Shown: positions 25,149 to 38,370 of the stretch, one piece after another
Numbering within the stretch: position 1 is the stretch's first letter
Layout of the letters: each line of letters starts with the position of its first letter
Assembly: GCF_006345805.1 (NCBI RefSeq)
Contig: NC_043020.1
Coordinates: forward strand, 21,266,001 to 21,330,000
Reading direction: 5' to 3'
Origin: Octopus sinensis
Lineage: Eukaryota
DNA: 64,000 nucleotides
Program-made: the position numbers and the translations under genes
Notes under the pieces: model-generated
What the model was told of the DNA's origin: nothing
Database searches by the model: none
Seen by the model: the letters and a program-made list of their open reading frames with translations, nothing else

Positions 25149-25411
25149 TTAAATATACCTATGCAGGCAACATTCTAATGTTGATGAGGAAAAGAAGAAA
25201 AGAATGAAAATGTATCTGTAAAGACATGCATGCAAGTCACTCACATTGATGAGGAAGAGAAAAAAAGAAATTAAAAATATTTATAAAAGATATGATGTAA
25301 CCAGACTCAAAATTACTGCATTTGAAAGTATTAGTCCAAGCAGTGGTGATAGAACCAAGCTAAAACAGAAAAATGATATTGGGATATTGTAAGTCACTGC
25401 ACCATTCTGAA

Positions 25412-25460
<49 letters not shown>

Positions 25461-25639
25461 GGAGACAGAGAAAGAGAGAGAGAGGGGGAGAGACAGAGAA
25501 AGAGAGAGCACCTCCAACAGTGATGAGAAAATATTATGTACAACGAATCATGCAACTACCTTCAAAATATTATTATTATATGAAAACTCGCAGCTTATTT
25601 TGCTGGGTATGATGGAAAGTGTCAGCTGTCAATAGCCAG

Positions 25640-26240
25640 CAGACTAAGGTGACATTTGTTTACTGGTAATTCTTCAAGAACCCTGTGAAAAATTCTGACA
25701 GTTCCAAGCCATGCTGATTTTTATAGGTGTTCTACCTCCACATTTGCACCAATCTTTTTCAGCCATGCTGGTAGTTGAGTGCTGATACTTCCAAGTGCAC
25801 CAATTACTATTTGTATCATGTCTACACTCTCTTCAGCGACCACAACCTTCGTATTTCCCATTTCAAATTGTCACAGTTGTTTATTTTTCCTTCTTCTTTC
25901 ACACTGATCCTGTTGTCACCTGGGCATGCTATATCGATTATCATACATGTTTTTTTCTTTTTTATTTCCCACAACAATGTCCAGTTTCTGATGTCTAGTC
26001 AGGTGATCACACTGAATCATTGTATCCCATAGAATTTTGCAATTCTTGTTTACGGTGACTCCTTGTGGGGTTTTCTCATACCACGTCTTTGCTCTTTGTA
26101 GGCTCCCAATGGATCGTTCTTGCCACATTGTCATGACATCTTTTGTATTCATGTTGAACCAATTTTGGGCATTTGCTAACGATGTGCCATACCGTTTCAC
26201 CCCCTCTCACCACACATTCTACATTTGTTATTATTGGTAG
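25640..26240 (-). mobile_element. R4/Dong-type REL non-LTR retrotransposon 3' fragment
   Basis: WYEKTPQGVTVNKNCKILWDTMIQCDH...DIVV...DNLKWEIRRLW. Confidence 0.72.
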
Positions 26241-26389
26241 TGTTGTCTATTCTACACTTCATATAGTTGGTCCTTGATGCTTAATCTTAGGCTGCTCATA
26301 TGATTGCTTCTGTCTCTATCTTCAGGTCACTCCTCTTCATCCATAGCCACCAGTCCTCTGTATCTGTCTTCATTATTATTATTACTATT

Positions 26390-26601
26390 AAGGCAGCAAG
26401 ATGCCAGAATCATTAGCACACTGGGCAAAATGCCTAGCAGTATTCTGTCTGCCATTACATTCTGCATTCAAATTCTACTAAGTTCAGCTTTGCCTTTCAT
26501 TCTTTTGGGGTCGTTAAAATAAGCACCAGTTTTGCACTAGGATCGATTAATTGACTATCCCTTTCCCCCCAAATTGCTGCCCTTGTGGCAAAATTTGAAA
26601 C

Positions 26602-26640
<39 letters not shown>

Positions 26641-26985
26641 GGCGGTGAGCTGGCAGAATTATTAGTATGCCAGGTAAAATGCTTTGCAGCATTTTTGTCT
26701 ATCTTTACATCCTGAGTTGAAATGTTACCAAGGTTGACTTTGTCTTTTATCCTTTCAGAGTTGATAAAATAAGTACTAGTTGAATATTGAGGTCAATGTA
26801 ATCAACTTATCCCTCACCTGAATTTGGTGGCCTTGTGCCAAAATTTGAAATCATTATTATTATATATAAGGTGGTGAGCTGGCAGAATTGTTAGCATGCT
26901 GGACAAAATGCTTAGCGGTATTTCTCTTGTCGCTATGTTCTCAATTCAAATTCCAGCAAGGTTGACTTAGCCTTTCATCCTTCAA
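26390..26985 (+). repeat. Three head-to-tail SINE A units
   Basis: Heads at ~26390, 26639 and 26867, each following an (ATT)n tail. Confidence 0.85.
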
Positions 26986-26989
26986 ACAT

Positions 26990-27745
26990 AATGATTGACA
27001 AGCCACTCAAATGGGTCAGGTCATTTAATATCTTAGAAGCACAGTAAACTTTAAGTATTTTTGATAATGAAATCAATGTTAGAACACCTAAGGCTACAAA
27101 TGCTTTTGGAAAACTTTACTATTATTTGTGGGATGAACAGTGTCAGTCTGAAAACTAAAATAAGTGTATATAAATTTTGTATACATGCAAAATCATGAAC
27201 TCCCTACTAGACATATAAAGAAACTTGAAATCTTTCACATGTGCTGCTAAATATCTGCAACATAAAATGGCAAGATGAGATATCAAATGTTAAAATCTTA
27301 GAAAAATGTGATATCTCCAGTTTCTAAAGTATGCTACTGAGAATTCAGTGCAGATGGATAGGACATGTTGTTCGAATGAAAGATGACCACATTCCAAAAG
27401 TTCTTTTGTATGGCAAACAAGTAGAGGTATACCATGGTAAAGGAAGACCTGTCCTTGGGTATAAAGATAAGTTTAAGCAATCACTAAAGTCTCTACAACT
27501 TAACTTGACATCTTGGGGAAGTCATTGCCTAGATTGATCTGCATGACATAAAATATATCATGATGCATCAAAACAATTTGAGTTAAAGAAACAGAATAAT
27601 AAAAGGATTATATCCTGCAATCAACAGACACACTTGTCCAATCCCAGACAAAATCAAAATCATCAGTGTCCCTATTGTGACTTCATAACAAAATCCATAC
27701 CAGGACTCAAATTACATTCATGCAACCATCGCAAATAGACGCAGC
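26990..27745 (+). mobile_element. RTE (BovB-like) LINE 3' fragment
   Basis: KATNAFGKL, RWIGHVVRMKDDHIPKVLLYG...GRPVLGYKDKFK, terminal Cys/His remnant. Confidence 0.78.
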
Positions 27746-27979
27746 TTTTATTTTTAAAAGTTATTTTCTCTTTTTCTTACTTTTTTCTTTAAATCTTCCC
27801 CTTCAAACACTCATACATCAAAATCAACAGCACTGACCATCATTATTGGTATCTCAAGTTGTTACATATAGTTTTGCTCCATAACTTTTGTTGACTTTTA
27901 CTTGTTTTTTCTACAAACTGTAAACAGAGCACCATAGACAGCCCACTGAAAAGACAGCCCCATAATATTTAGGCCTTGG

Positions 27980-30900
27980 GCCAAAATATAGCAATTTCAT
28001 TTTCAAATTATACCCATCAAAATCCTAACAAAAAAAATAAAGGTGAGCCCCACCCCCACCCCACCCATCAATGCCTTTTACAAAATAGAGAAGTGCAAAC
28101 AAAAATCCACATGCAAATTTCTGTTGATAACAACCAGAAATCAAATGTGAGTAACACCTACGCAACCACCACCACCACCAATATTACCACTACAGACAAC
28201 AAAACAACCATCACCACCACCAACAACGACAAATCAGTACAGGAAAAAGTGCAAGATAAATTTCCCGTGCTAAAAGTTTCAATGCCACCACAGTCATCAC
28301 AGGTTCAGCAGGAGGAAATAATGACAACAAAAAGCAATGATAGTAGTAACAGGAACACTGACTCTTCCACTACCAACACCAGTAACACTGCAACAACAAA
28401 TATAGCAGAGTAAAACAACAAAAGTAGCAGTGGCATGGATAATAGTGACAACACAAATGACAACATGAACTTCAAAATAAATGGACCTATGTGTGAGTCC
28501 TCTGAGCAAAATACAGAAGGATCTTCCAAAGTCAGCTGTTTTCTTTATGGGGGAAACTAAAAATACAGAAGTAATTACAGTAAACAAGAATGACTTACAA
28601 ACTGATGTCAAAAAGGAGAGGTCACAGAGTCAGCCTCATCCTCCATCCAATGTGCTGGAAAACATGACATTGTACAGTAACATACAGTACAACTGGACTG
28701 AAGTTATGCAGTGTGGAGTGAGGCACTAAATCCCAGGTAATATGCCAATGCTTGCATCTCCTTTTCCTGCAGTTTATAGTACTGAGACACCTAGTGAGAA
28801 CATAAACAAAAACCAAAACAAAAACAACAGCCCTGGAAGGAATTTCTCTACCAACTCAGGAAACTGGAGAACATCCAGTAGGAACACAAACAAGTCAAAC
28901 AACCGACAAAACTGTCAGCTACAACTTCAGCCACCAAACTTTCCCTTCTTTTTATCTAGCAAATGAAATCCAGAAAAGTATATAGGCCATCACAGAGCTC
29001 CTGTCATTATCTCAGTGCAAAAATTGCCCTCCTTGCTGACAATAAGCCATTAGTTTCTTTTGAGCACTACTCCAGTCTCAACATTTTTGTTAAATGCGCA
29101 AGCATCAATCCATCCTTCAGTTTAAAAAGCTGGAAGATTCAGTTCATCCAAGATTGGGTTTCAAGCCACCCTTATCACATTCCTTTCTTCATTCTTACTA
29201 AGACTCACTTTAACAACTCTCACTTGGAGTGAAATAAAGATGAGGAATTATACAATCATTTGTGCAAACCGCACTGGTAGAAGAAAGGAAGGAGTTGCTA
29301 TTTTCCTACACAACTCATTTAGGGCAGATACACATCTCATTCTTCACTGTGAATCAGTGTCTGTGTATAATAAAACTAATGATTTAGCAGGTTCCACAGG
29401 TCACCCCAAGCACCACTAATGTATTTCAAAGATTGCCTCATGAATATTAAGTCTTTCATTGAACAGTACCAATCTGATAATGTTTTAATAACGAGTGACT
29501 TTGATCTTTCCTGTGTTGACTGGTCTACTCACACCTTGAAGACAAGTGTACGCATTTCAATCCCAGAGAGAGCAGCAGAGGAATTACTTTTTGAATTCCT
29601 GAGCAAATTTTACCAGTCCCAACTTGTGCTTGTGCTAATAAGATTCTATAAGTTAAGTTAATTTTTTGGCTGTAGGAGGACATGGAGTTATGTACAGGGA
29701 GGGTGTTCATGCAAAGAGTTCAGGCCATTTCTGGTCAAGAGAGACTTTGAACCGAGTTGTTGTCGGCATCTTCACTATCTCGTCCGGCAGCTTATTCCAT
29801 GGATCCGCAACCCAGATGGAGAAAGCCCCTCTCCTTCGATTGAGATGAAATTGTCGCAGATAGAGCTTTTCGGAGTGACCCTGCAGCCGACGCTCTGGAG
29901 CAGGAGTGAAGAACAGCTCTTTCGAGAGGTTACACTTTCTGCTTATGATGTGAGCAAGAATAAGATCACCATGGCGTTGTCGTTTTTCTAGAGAATAAAG
30001 GTCGAGCGTCTTCAGCCTTTCTTCATAAGACAAATGCTTGAGACCAAGAACTATGTGGGTAGCCAGCTTCTGGACTCTTTCGAGATGATGTATGTCTTTG
30101 AAGAGATAAGGAGAAGAGGCTTGAATCCCGTACTCCAATATGGGTCTCACCAGCGTGACATAGAGCGGTAGGAATATGGCTGCTGTGAGCATTCCGAATG
30201 ACCATCGAATCAAAAACAGAACTCCGCGTGCTTTGTTGGCAGCATGGATGCACTGGGCTGAAGGTGAAAAGGAAGAATCCACCAAGATACCCAGGTCCTT
30301 TACCTGGTCGGTCCTCTCCAGCAGCAGACGACCCGGCTCGAAATCAAGTTGAGTTGCAGGAGAAGAGCCAACAGGCAGATGACAGCACTTTGACACATTC
30401 AGACACAGGTCCCATTCGTTAGACCATCTCCAAACTTGGTGGAGGCATCGTTGAAGATCATCTATATCACCGCGAGGAGCGACCAGTTTGACATCATCGG
30501 CAAATAGAAGAGTGTGTTGCATGAGGTCGTCGGGCGAGTCATTTATGAAGACTAAAAACAATAAGGGCCCAAGCATTGAACCTTGAGGCACGCCACTGCT
30601 CGCAGTGGAGACGTCGGACAGTGAACCATTAACTTGGACTTGGAAGGAGCGATCTGAGAGGAAGGCACCAACCCATTGTACAATATCCAGATGGAAACTA
30701 TATGCTTGAAGCTTGACAAGTAATAGGCGGTGGTTAACCGAGTCAAAAGCTTTAGCAAAGTCCAATAAAACGATGTCAACAGCATCACCATCATCCAGGA
30801 TACGCGTCACCAATCTTCCATTACCAGTAAGTTGGTCAAGCATGATCTCTTCGGCACAAAGCCGTGTTGGGAATCAGAGATAGAGGCTGTGTTTTGGAGG

Positions 30901-33900
30901 TGGAGCAACATACTTTTCTTAAGGATGGTTTTGAACATCTTGCTGATTATTGAAGTAAGGGAAACCGGTCAGTAGTTAAGCAGGTCTTCGCAGCTCCCTT
31001 TCTTGAAAATTGGGCAGATTATCGCTGTTCTCCAGTCCACAGGTATAACACCCGTCGCCAATGACATATTGAATAGAAGTGTTAAAGGTTCACAGATGAC
31101 CGGAGCCAACGCTTTGATAACCTGTGGATGTATGCCGTCAGGGCCGTGACCCTTGTTGACATCGAGGCCTTGAATAACGCGTTCGACTTCGTCCTGAGTG
31201 ATGACCAATCTAGGAGGGGGTTCAAATGGAGGGGGTTCACGACCATCATCTTGTTTGAAAATTGTTGAAAAAGCCTCGGCAAATAACTGACTCTGCTGAT
31301 AGGGGTCCTCAATCGATATGCCTGTTGAGTCTACCAACGTTGCAATTTGGTTGTTCAAGCGGGAATTCCATTGGACATGGGCAAAGAAGGTTTTTGGATT
31401 GCGACTGGCGTTTGCCGCGATTCTGTATTCATATCTGAAGCGTTCTTCCTTTTCAATTTTCATGGCTCGGTCTCGTTGAGTTTTGTACACCTCAAAATCT
31501 GCAGTCGAATCTAGATTTTTTAATTCAGCCCAAGCAATATCTCTGAGTCAAAGTTCTCGTTTAACCTTCTTCGTCACCCAGGGCTTGTGTTTCTTCTTCT
31601 TGGGAAGCCCAACGGGAACTGCTTGGTCAGTCAACCAGATTACTTTTGCTTTGAGGGACGACCATAGTTCGTCAACTGAGGACATCGTCATCAGGGATTG
31701 CCAGTCCAGAAGCACGGAAGCCTTGGTTAGAATTTCAAGATTGATTGCAGAGAAGACTCTACGTGGCAGCGAAGTAGTCATGGGCGTAGAAAAAGTTGTG
31801 TGCATGTCGAACTTCAGGACCGCGTGATAAAAACACATAGGACTTAGTGTTTAGTAACTATGCTAACACTATCCATAATATTATAGTAGAAAAACTCTCC
31901 TATCTCATCACAGTATGATTATTTGTAGCTTGAGATTCTGGCAGCCAAAAGCAACATAGTACAATCTTGCCCCAGCACACCCTGCTAACCTCATGGATCT
32001 ATACAATGCTAACTGGAAGGCAATTATCCACACAGACTGGTTTTTCACTCACTCTCTCACTCCATGCAGCATCATATCCTGGCAGTTATTTGTGGACTTC
32101 ATTCACACCACACTTTACAACAATCAATGAGCACAAAAAAAAAAACACATGCTCCCATGGAAAAGAAAAGCACTTATAAGGAAAATAAAAAGGATTAATT
32201 GAAAATCTACCACCTAAAATATTGCCTGCTGCAATACCCTCACTTACCAGATATAGCTTTACTAGAGTCAAAGAAACCTTATCTCCAAAACTGCATGAAA
32301 ACTATCATTGATATTTAAAGAATTGCAGAAGAAAAGTGGGTCATTGAGAAAATAAAAGTCAATCCCAAATTGTTCTTTGCATTTGCCACAAAGCATAAGG
32401 TCACTGTATCATCTATTGGACCTCTGATAGATGAAGATGGTACTCTGCATAGTGGTACAGAAGACATGGTCAAGATTCTACAGAAGCAAGACTACTCCAC
32501 TTTCAGTAATCCAAACTTAGTTAATCCTGACAGAATTGGTGAAACAAATCCCCAGCACGCCCTATCCAATATATCATTTGATGCCTTGGATATCATAGCA
32601 GCTATTAAAAAAATTACAGACAACTCAGCTGCTGAAGAGTGCTGTCATCAACTGGCATTCCCTTCAGTAATTCTTTAGAAGAAATCACTGGACACTGGCC
32701 ACACACCTGAAAATTTCCTATCAGAGTTGACTATCCCAGTTTTTAAAAAGGCAACAAATTGCTGGCAGTGAAATACTACCCAATCTCACTTACCTCCCAT
32801 ATCATTATTTGAGAGAGTGGTGAGAATTCTGCTCACTTCCTAGAAAGTAACAGCCTAATTACTCCCAACCAGTATGGTTTCCACAGCGACAAGGACTGCC
32901 TAACACAGCTCCATGCATCATTTTGATGACATCCTAAAGGCTCTGGGTGAGGGCTGTAATGCAGATGTCATCTACTTGGACTTCAGCAAGGCCTTTGGCA
33001 AGGTTGGCCATTGCATTCTGTTAAAGAAGCTATTGAACAATGGAGTCTGAGGGAAACTGTTAAAGTGGATTGAATGTTTTCTGGTGAACACAACCCAATA
33101 TGTAGTGATAGATGGTGTTTGATCATGCTTGGAAACAGTTCTATAAAGCTCTGTCTTGGACCCACTCTTTATCATCAAACACAGAAACATGAGAATTTTT
33201 GCAGATGACTCCAAGCTTCTGAAAGTCTTTGACAGGGCAAGTGACCATACTCATCTCCAATCAGATCTTTATTGCCTTGCTGTTATCTGATGGACAGAAA
33301 AACATAATATGCAACTAAATGAAAATAAATTTGAATTCATCCACTTTGGTAAAGAGGTTGCACATAAGCTACCATACACTCTTCCCTCAGGCAAAAACCT
33401 TATTGCATCATACAACACACAGGACCTTGGAGTAACTGCCAACAACAACTTAAGCTAGAGTGCCCACAGAAACATCAACATGGACCACAGGACATACTCC
33501 TGGATCCTCAGGACTTTTCAGTCTAGAAATGCTTCTATCATAATCCTTCTCTTCTCCACTTTTGCTCATCCTCACCTTGAATACTGTTATCCGCTGTGGT
33601 CTTCTTACATGAAACAAAAGATTATAAAAATTGAAGCACTCCAGAGATCAATCACAAGGAAAATAGACAGCATGACAGATCATCTCAGTCTTTATTCCCT
33701 TCAGTGTTGCTGTAAACTCTATATCATTTGCATGATATGGAAAATATTCCAATAGCACTGCCCAACTGATGTTGGCATCCACTTTAAGATTCACCCGAGC
33801 CTTTGTCCCTGTGCTATCCATCCTCTACAAAAGTCATGTTTGTATTGCATCACAACACTCAGACAGAACTGCTTTGCTTCAACTGGCCTTGTTCCCTTTA

Positions 33901-33960
33901 ACATCATACCAAGACACATAAGAAATCAAGAGACACACAGACATTGATCCTGCAACAAGC
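27980..33960 (+). mobile_element. Near full-length degenerate CR1/L2-group LINE, interrupted at ~29650-31826
   Basis: Low-complexity ORF1 region; APE endonuclease (KGGVAIFL, VLITSDFDL; resumes DLVFSN at ~31840); RT motifs YLDFSKAF, FADDSK, HPHLEYCYPLWS. Confidence 0.8.
29652..31826 (-). mobile_element. Younger CR1-clade LINE, 5'-truncated, with long RT ORF (29707-30843)
   Basis: LLDFAKAFDSV, GVPQGSMLGPLLFLVFIND, LFADDVK, VRPILEYG, WNKLP; (TAAC)n tail; CpG-rich. Confidence 0.92.
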
Positions 33961-33999
33961 AAATTAGCTAGTTAGAATTAATGAGGATGACCACAAAGA

Positions 34000-34345
34000 G
34001 GTCAAAACTGTGTGGTTTGATAGTCTCATGGCTAAAAGACGGTAGGAGTTCACTTCCCTGCTTGCAATATATATCAGGTGCAGATTGCATTGAATAACCA
34101 GCAGGAGGAGGTGTCCTCCTGGCGTTATAAAGAGCAGTAACACTGGTTCCTATGGAACAACATAACTCTAGTGGATGAGTATCCACCACCAGAGATGCCC
34201 ACAAAGAGGTGGAAGCCGTATGGTCTGGTGGTCTTGTGGCTAAAAGATGGTAGGGGTTCACACCCTGTTTGCAAAATATATCAGGTGCAGACTGCATCAA
34301 ATAACCAGCTGAAGTACAGTCATGTTGGTGCCTATGGAACAACCA
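34000..34345. repeat. Diverged tandem duplication of a ~170-200 bp unit after the CR1 RT
   Basis: gctaaaaga.ggtagg.gttca....ctg.ttgcaa.atatatcaggtgcaga.tgcat occurs twice. Confidence 0.7.
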
Positions 34346-34349
34346 TATT

Positions 34350-34565
34350 TAAGTGGCAATAAACATTACTATACATACTCTGGTCATTTCATCATGCTGA
34401 ACCGTCAATCCCAACACATTTGTTTTCATTCTCTCTCCATTCCTTTCAAAGAGCATAGGCTTGAAACATCAAAGACTTTTCCATTCTTCCCAAGCATCAA
34501 ACAAATACACCTGCTTGTTGTTCCCTCACCTGTTTTTGTCTTTTGTTTTCTGTAAATTTGAACTA
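34350..34565 (+). mobile_element. Penelope-like pLTR with hammerhead relic
   Basis: Similar to 3790-4030; cttt..gagcataggcttgaaacatcaaag. Confidence 0.5.
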
Positions 34566-34759
34566 TACATATATATATATATATATATACCGGAGTAAAC
34601 ACATAAATGTGAAACAAGGTGGAAAAAAGAATACTCAAATACCAGTGGTAGAGTAATATGCTTTATTTAAATATGCTTTAAATAAATATGCTTATTTAAA
34701 TATGCTTTAAATAAAGTATATATATATATATACACACACACACATATATATATACTATG

Positions 34760-36490
34760 GAGGAAAGGAGTGGGAAGTAATTTCATTTGCTGCACCAAGT
34801 GTAAGCTATAGATGCATAAGAGATGCAGCAGAATCACAGGTAGGTTAACAGATAAGGTCGCTTTTATATGTGGCAGATGTACAGGAACAATAAGAACTAA
34901 GAGCAAATGCTCAGGTGGCTCTCTTGAGATAATAGTTTCTACTACTTAGGTGACCAAATTAGTAATGGTGGATGCTCTGAAAGTATTGTTTCTAGAGTAA
35001 AAATAGGATGAAGGAAGTTGAGAGAACTATTACCTCTGTTGGCAACAAAAGGACTCTCTCTCAGAGTGAAAGGTAGATTGTATGATGTTAGTGTGTGAAC
35101 AGCTATACTACATGGTAGTGAAACATGGGCTATTAATGCAGAGGATATGTGGAGACCAGAGAGAAATGAAAGTAGCATGCTCTGCTGGATTTGCAACATC
35201 AATGTGCATGACTGACAAAGCTCAACTGTGTTGAGAGAAAAGTTAGGCATAAAAGGGATTAAATGTGGCATGCAGGAGGGGAGACTGCGTTGGTTTGGAC
35301 ATGTGATGCATGTGATGTTTGGACATGTGATGAATAAAGACAGCTGTATACAGAAATACCTGGTACTGAAAGTGGATGGTAACTGTGGAAGAGGGAGACC
35401 CAGGAAGACATGGGATGAAGTGGTGAGGACTAGTCTTAAGATGCAGGGTTCACAATGGACTGAGATGTTGGGCGATATGAAGTTCTAGAGAAGACCTGCC
35501 CGTGTCAGCAAAACTGAGTGCTTGAAGTGTTGTGTCTCACCCACATGTAACAACAAAATTTTCACATCTCCTTTTCTAAACTACATCTTTCTCTTCCTCA
35601 CATTTCCTCTTCGAAACCACGATTGTGTCCCACTCTCCTTCCCTACCCTGTTCACTGTATCGCTGCTTTCCCCCACCCCATTTTTATACCCAGGTTTTCA
35701 ACAGTCACTGCAATTCTCACTCCCTACTTGCACCTTCTTGGCAATATCTGCCCATGTATATCAGGGGATCTTTCTTCCTTGTTGCTTGTGAGTATACCCT
35801 GGCACTTCACCACCATCTCTCTCCTGCTCTCTCTTGCACTTTGTTGTTTCCCACTCTCTCTCTCTCTCCTTCTCTTGCTTTTCCCTCTGATTAGGTAATC
35901 AAGTATCTCCTTTACACCTGTTTCTGTCTTCTCTCCTCTTTCCCATCTCTCTCTCTTGCTGAGTAACCATGTACCTCCTCTATAGCAAGAGACCTGTTTC
36001 TGTCTCTCTATTTCTGTCATGCTCTAACCTTTCATCATCATGACACCAGATCACCTCCTCCAATGCCCCCTCCTTTATAGCAAGACATCTGTTTCTGCTT
36101 CTCTGTCTCTCAGTTACACTCTAACCTTTGATCCTCTGACACAAGTTCCCCTGCCCCTCTCAAAATTTCTAATCTTCTGAGTTACTTGGTGACCCTGCCA
36201 GTACTGGTGTCATGTAAAAATTATCCAATCAACACTCTAAAGTGGTTGGCATTTGGAAGGGTATCCATCTATAAAAATCATGCCAAAACTAACCGTCCTG
36301 TGCTAGTGCCAAGTAAAAATCACTGATCCACTCTGTGGAGTGGTTGGTGTTAGGAAGGGCATCCAGCTGTAAAAATCCTGCCAAGACAGACACAGCAGCC
36401 TGGTGTAGTCTTCATCCTGGTCAGTTCCTGTCAACCATCTTACTCATGAATGCATGGAAGACAGACATTAAAGAATGATGATGATGACGA
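34760..36490 (+). mobile_element. RTE LINE 3' fragment with long 3' UTR and (GAT)n tail
   Basis: HGSETWAI..., RLRWFGHV, GRGRPRKTWDEVV; tail ggaagggcatccagctgta...gatgatgat. Confidence 0.8.
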
Positions 36491-36789
36491 TATACATATA
36501 TGCATACACACACACACACATACATATATACATACACACATATATACATACACATACACACATACATATATACATACACACATATATACATACATATACA
36601 CACACATACATATACATACACACACATACGTACACACACATAATTAAATCCAAGGAAAATAGGGATAAAGACAGCCAATCTTTCACTGGCTCCACTGTTA
36701 AATACTGAATTTTGCAGAGAAAACCTTACAAATTACATGGGTACATATTAAATTTATAAAAATGAATAGAAAGTGGAGATATACATAGC

Positions 36790-38370
36790 AATTGCTAATT
36801 CAAAATTCAAAAGCGTGGCTTTTGTGAAAGGAATGCAAGAAGTGAAATTCAGGCTAGGAGGTGAAGACATACCAACGGTGAAAGAACAACCAGTAAAAAG
36901 TCTCAGCAGATGGTACGGAGATTTACTAAATGATAAGAAGCAAAGCAAAGAAACACACAATTTAGTGGAACAAGGACTAAAGGCAATTGACAGAATGACA
37001 TTACTGGGGAAATTCAAATGTTGGATACGGCAATTTGGACTGTACCCAAGGATAATGTGGCCGTTACAAGTGTACAAAATAAATTTGAGCAGAGTAGAAA
37101 GGATGGAACAAAGATGCAGTGTGTTTATCAGAAAATGGCTTGGTCTTCCAAAACCACTGATTACAACTGCACTATATGGAAAACCCATGCTGCAACTACC
37201 GATAATATCAATTGCTGAAGAATGTAAGGCAGGAAAGGCAAGGACAGTAATGATGCTAAGGTATTCAAAAGATCAGAGCATCCGGGAAAACCCTCCAAAA
37301 GTAAGAACAGGGAGGAAATGGAAGGCGGAAGAGGCAGTAAACAGGGCAATCGGAAAACTAAGGCACGCAGATATGGTTGGAGCGATGCAAGAAGCAAGAG
37401 CGGGCCTAGGGTTGCACAACTTCAGGCCATTTTGCAAGAGCAGTATAAAAGAGATGAAAGAGGCAGTGGTAATACGAAGTGAGAAAGGAGGAAGAAGAAA
37501 GGCGAAATGTACATTTGGTGCAATGTAGTCAACAGGGACAGTGTGTGAGATGGGAGGAATATGTGATCAGCCACAGAATATCATGGATGGAACTTTGGGC
37601 TTGGGAACAAGCAAGAACGTCCTACCTGATCAAGTCTATCTTCGACATTCTACCCTCACCGGCGAACTTAGTCCGGTGGAACATAAAAACAACTGATGAG
37701 TGTAGATGCGGAGAGAAAGCGATAGTTAGACATGTTCTGTCAAACTGCAGACTAGCACTAGAAATATACATGGCGGCATAATCAAGTCCTCAACGTCATA
37801 AGCGCAGCACTCAAGGAGAAGATCGAGAGGTACAATAGGGGAGAGTACCCAAAAGTAGAAAAGCGCAGGAAAGTATACTTTCACAAGGAGGGAAAAGGAT
37901 ATAAAACCAGGCCTACAAGTAAAATATACAAGATAGATGAAAGACGGAAGGGATACTGGGAGGTGGCCACAGATTTGGAAAGACAAATAATATTTCCACT
38001 AATAAAAACGACAAAAAGACCAGATTTAGTCCTATGGAACAGAGAACGGAGAATAGGAATTTTGCTAGAACTGACAGTACCATGGGAAGAGAACATCAGC
38101 AATGCAGAGGAACGAAAAGAGAAGAGGTACGAAAAACTAATCGAAGAGTGCAGAGAACAGGGATGGAATGTCGAGTATTACCACCTGGCAGTGGGGGCTA
38201 GAGGCTTCATTGAAAGGAAAATGACAACGCTTTTCAAAAGAAGATTTGTTTTTTTCTAGCTCCGAGCTGTGAAAACTAATAAGGAGAGTACAGGAGGCAG
38301 TCGAAAAAGCCAGCTTCTATATATGGCTGAAGCGGGAAGACCAAAAATGGCTTGAAAGTCATAACATCAC
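36790..38370 (+). mobile_element. Hero-clade (R2 superfamily, REL endonuclease) non-LTR retrotransposon, 5'-truncated
   Basis: GKFKCW...LYPRIMWPL, IRKWLGLP, GRKWKAEEAV, LPSPANLVRW, CCHC-like C.CG..HVLSNC, RPDLVLW..LELTVPWEEN..KEKRY; 2-3 frameshifts. Confidence 0.82.

Noticed and set aside
27976-28966. Thr/Asn-rich ORFs as a possible host gene
   Set aside because: There is no splice structure, and they lie directly upstream of a LINE endonuclease, consistent with a decayed ORF1.
29707-30843. 378-aa RT ORF as a domesticated gene
   Set aside because: It is 5'-truncated with upstream stops and has a close second copy with a TSD, so it is an ordinary retrotransposed insertion.
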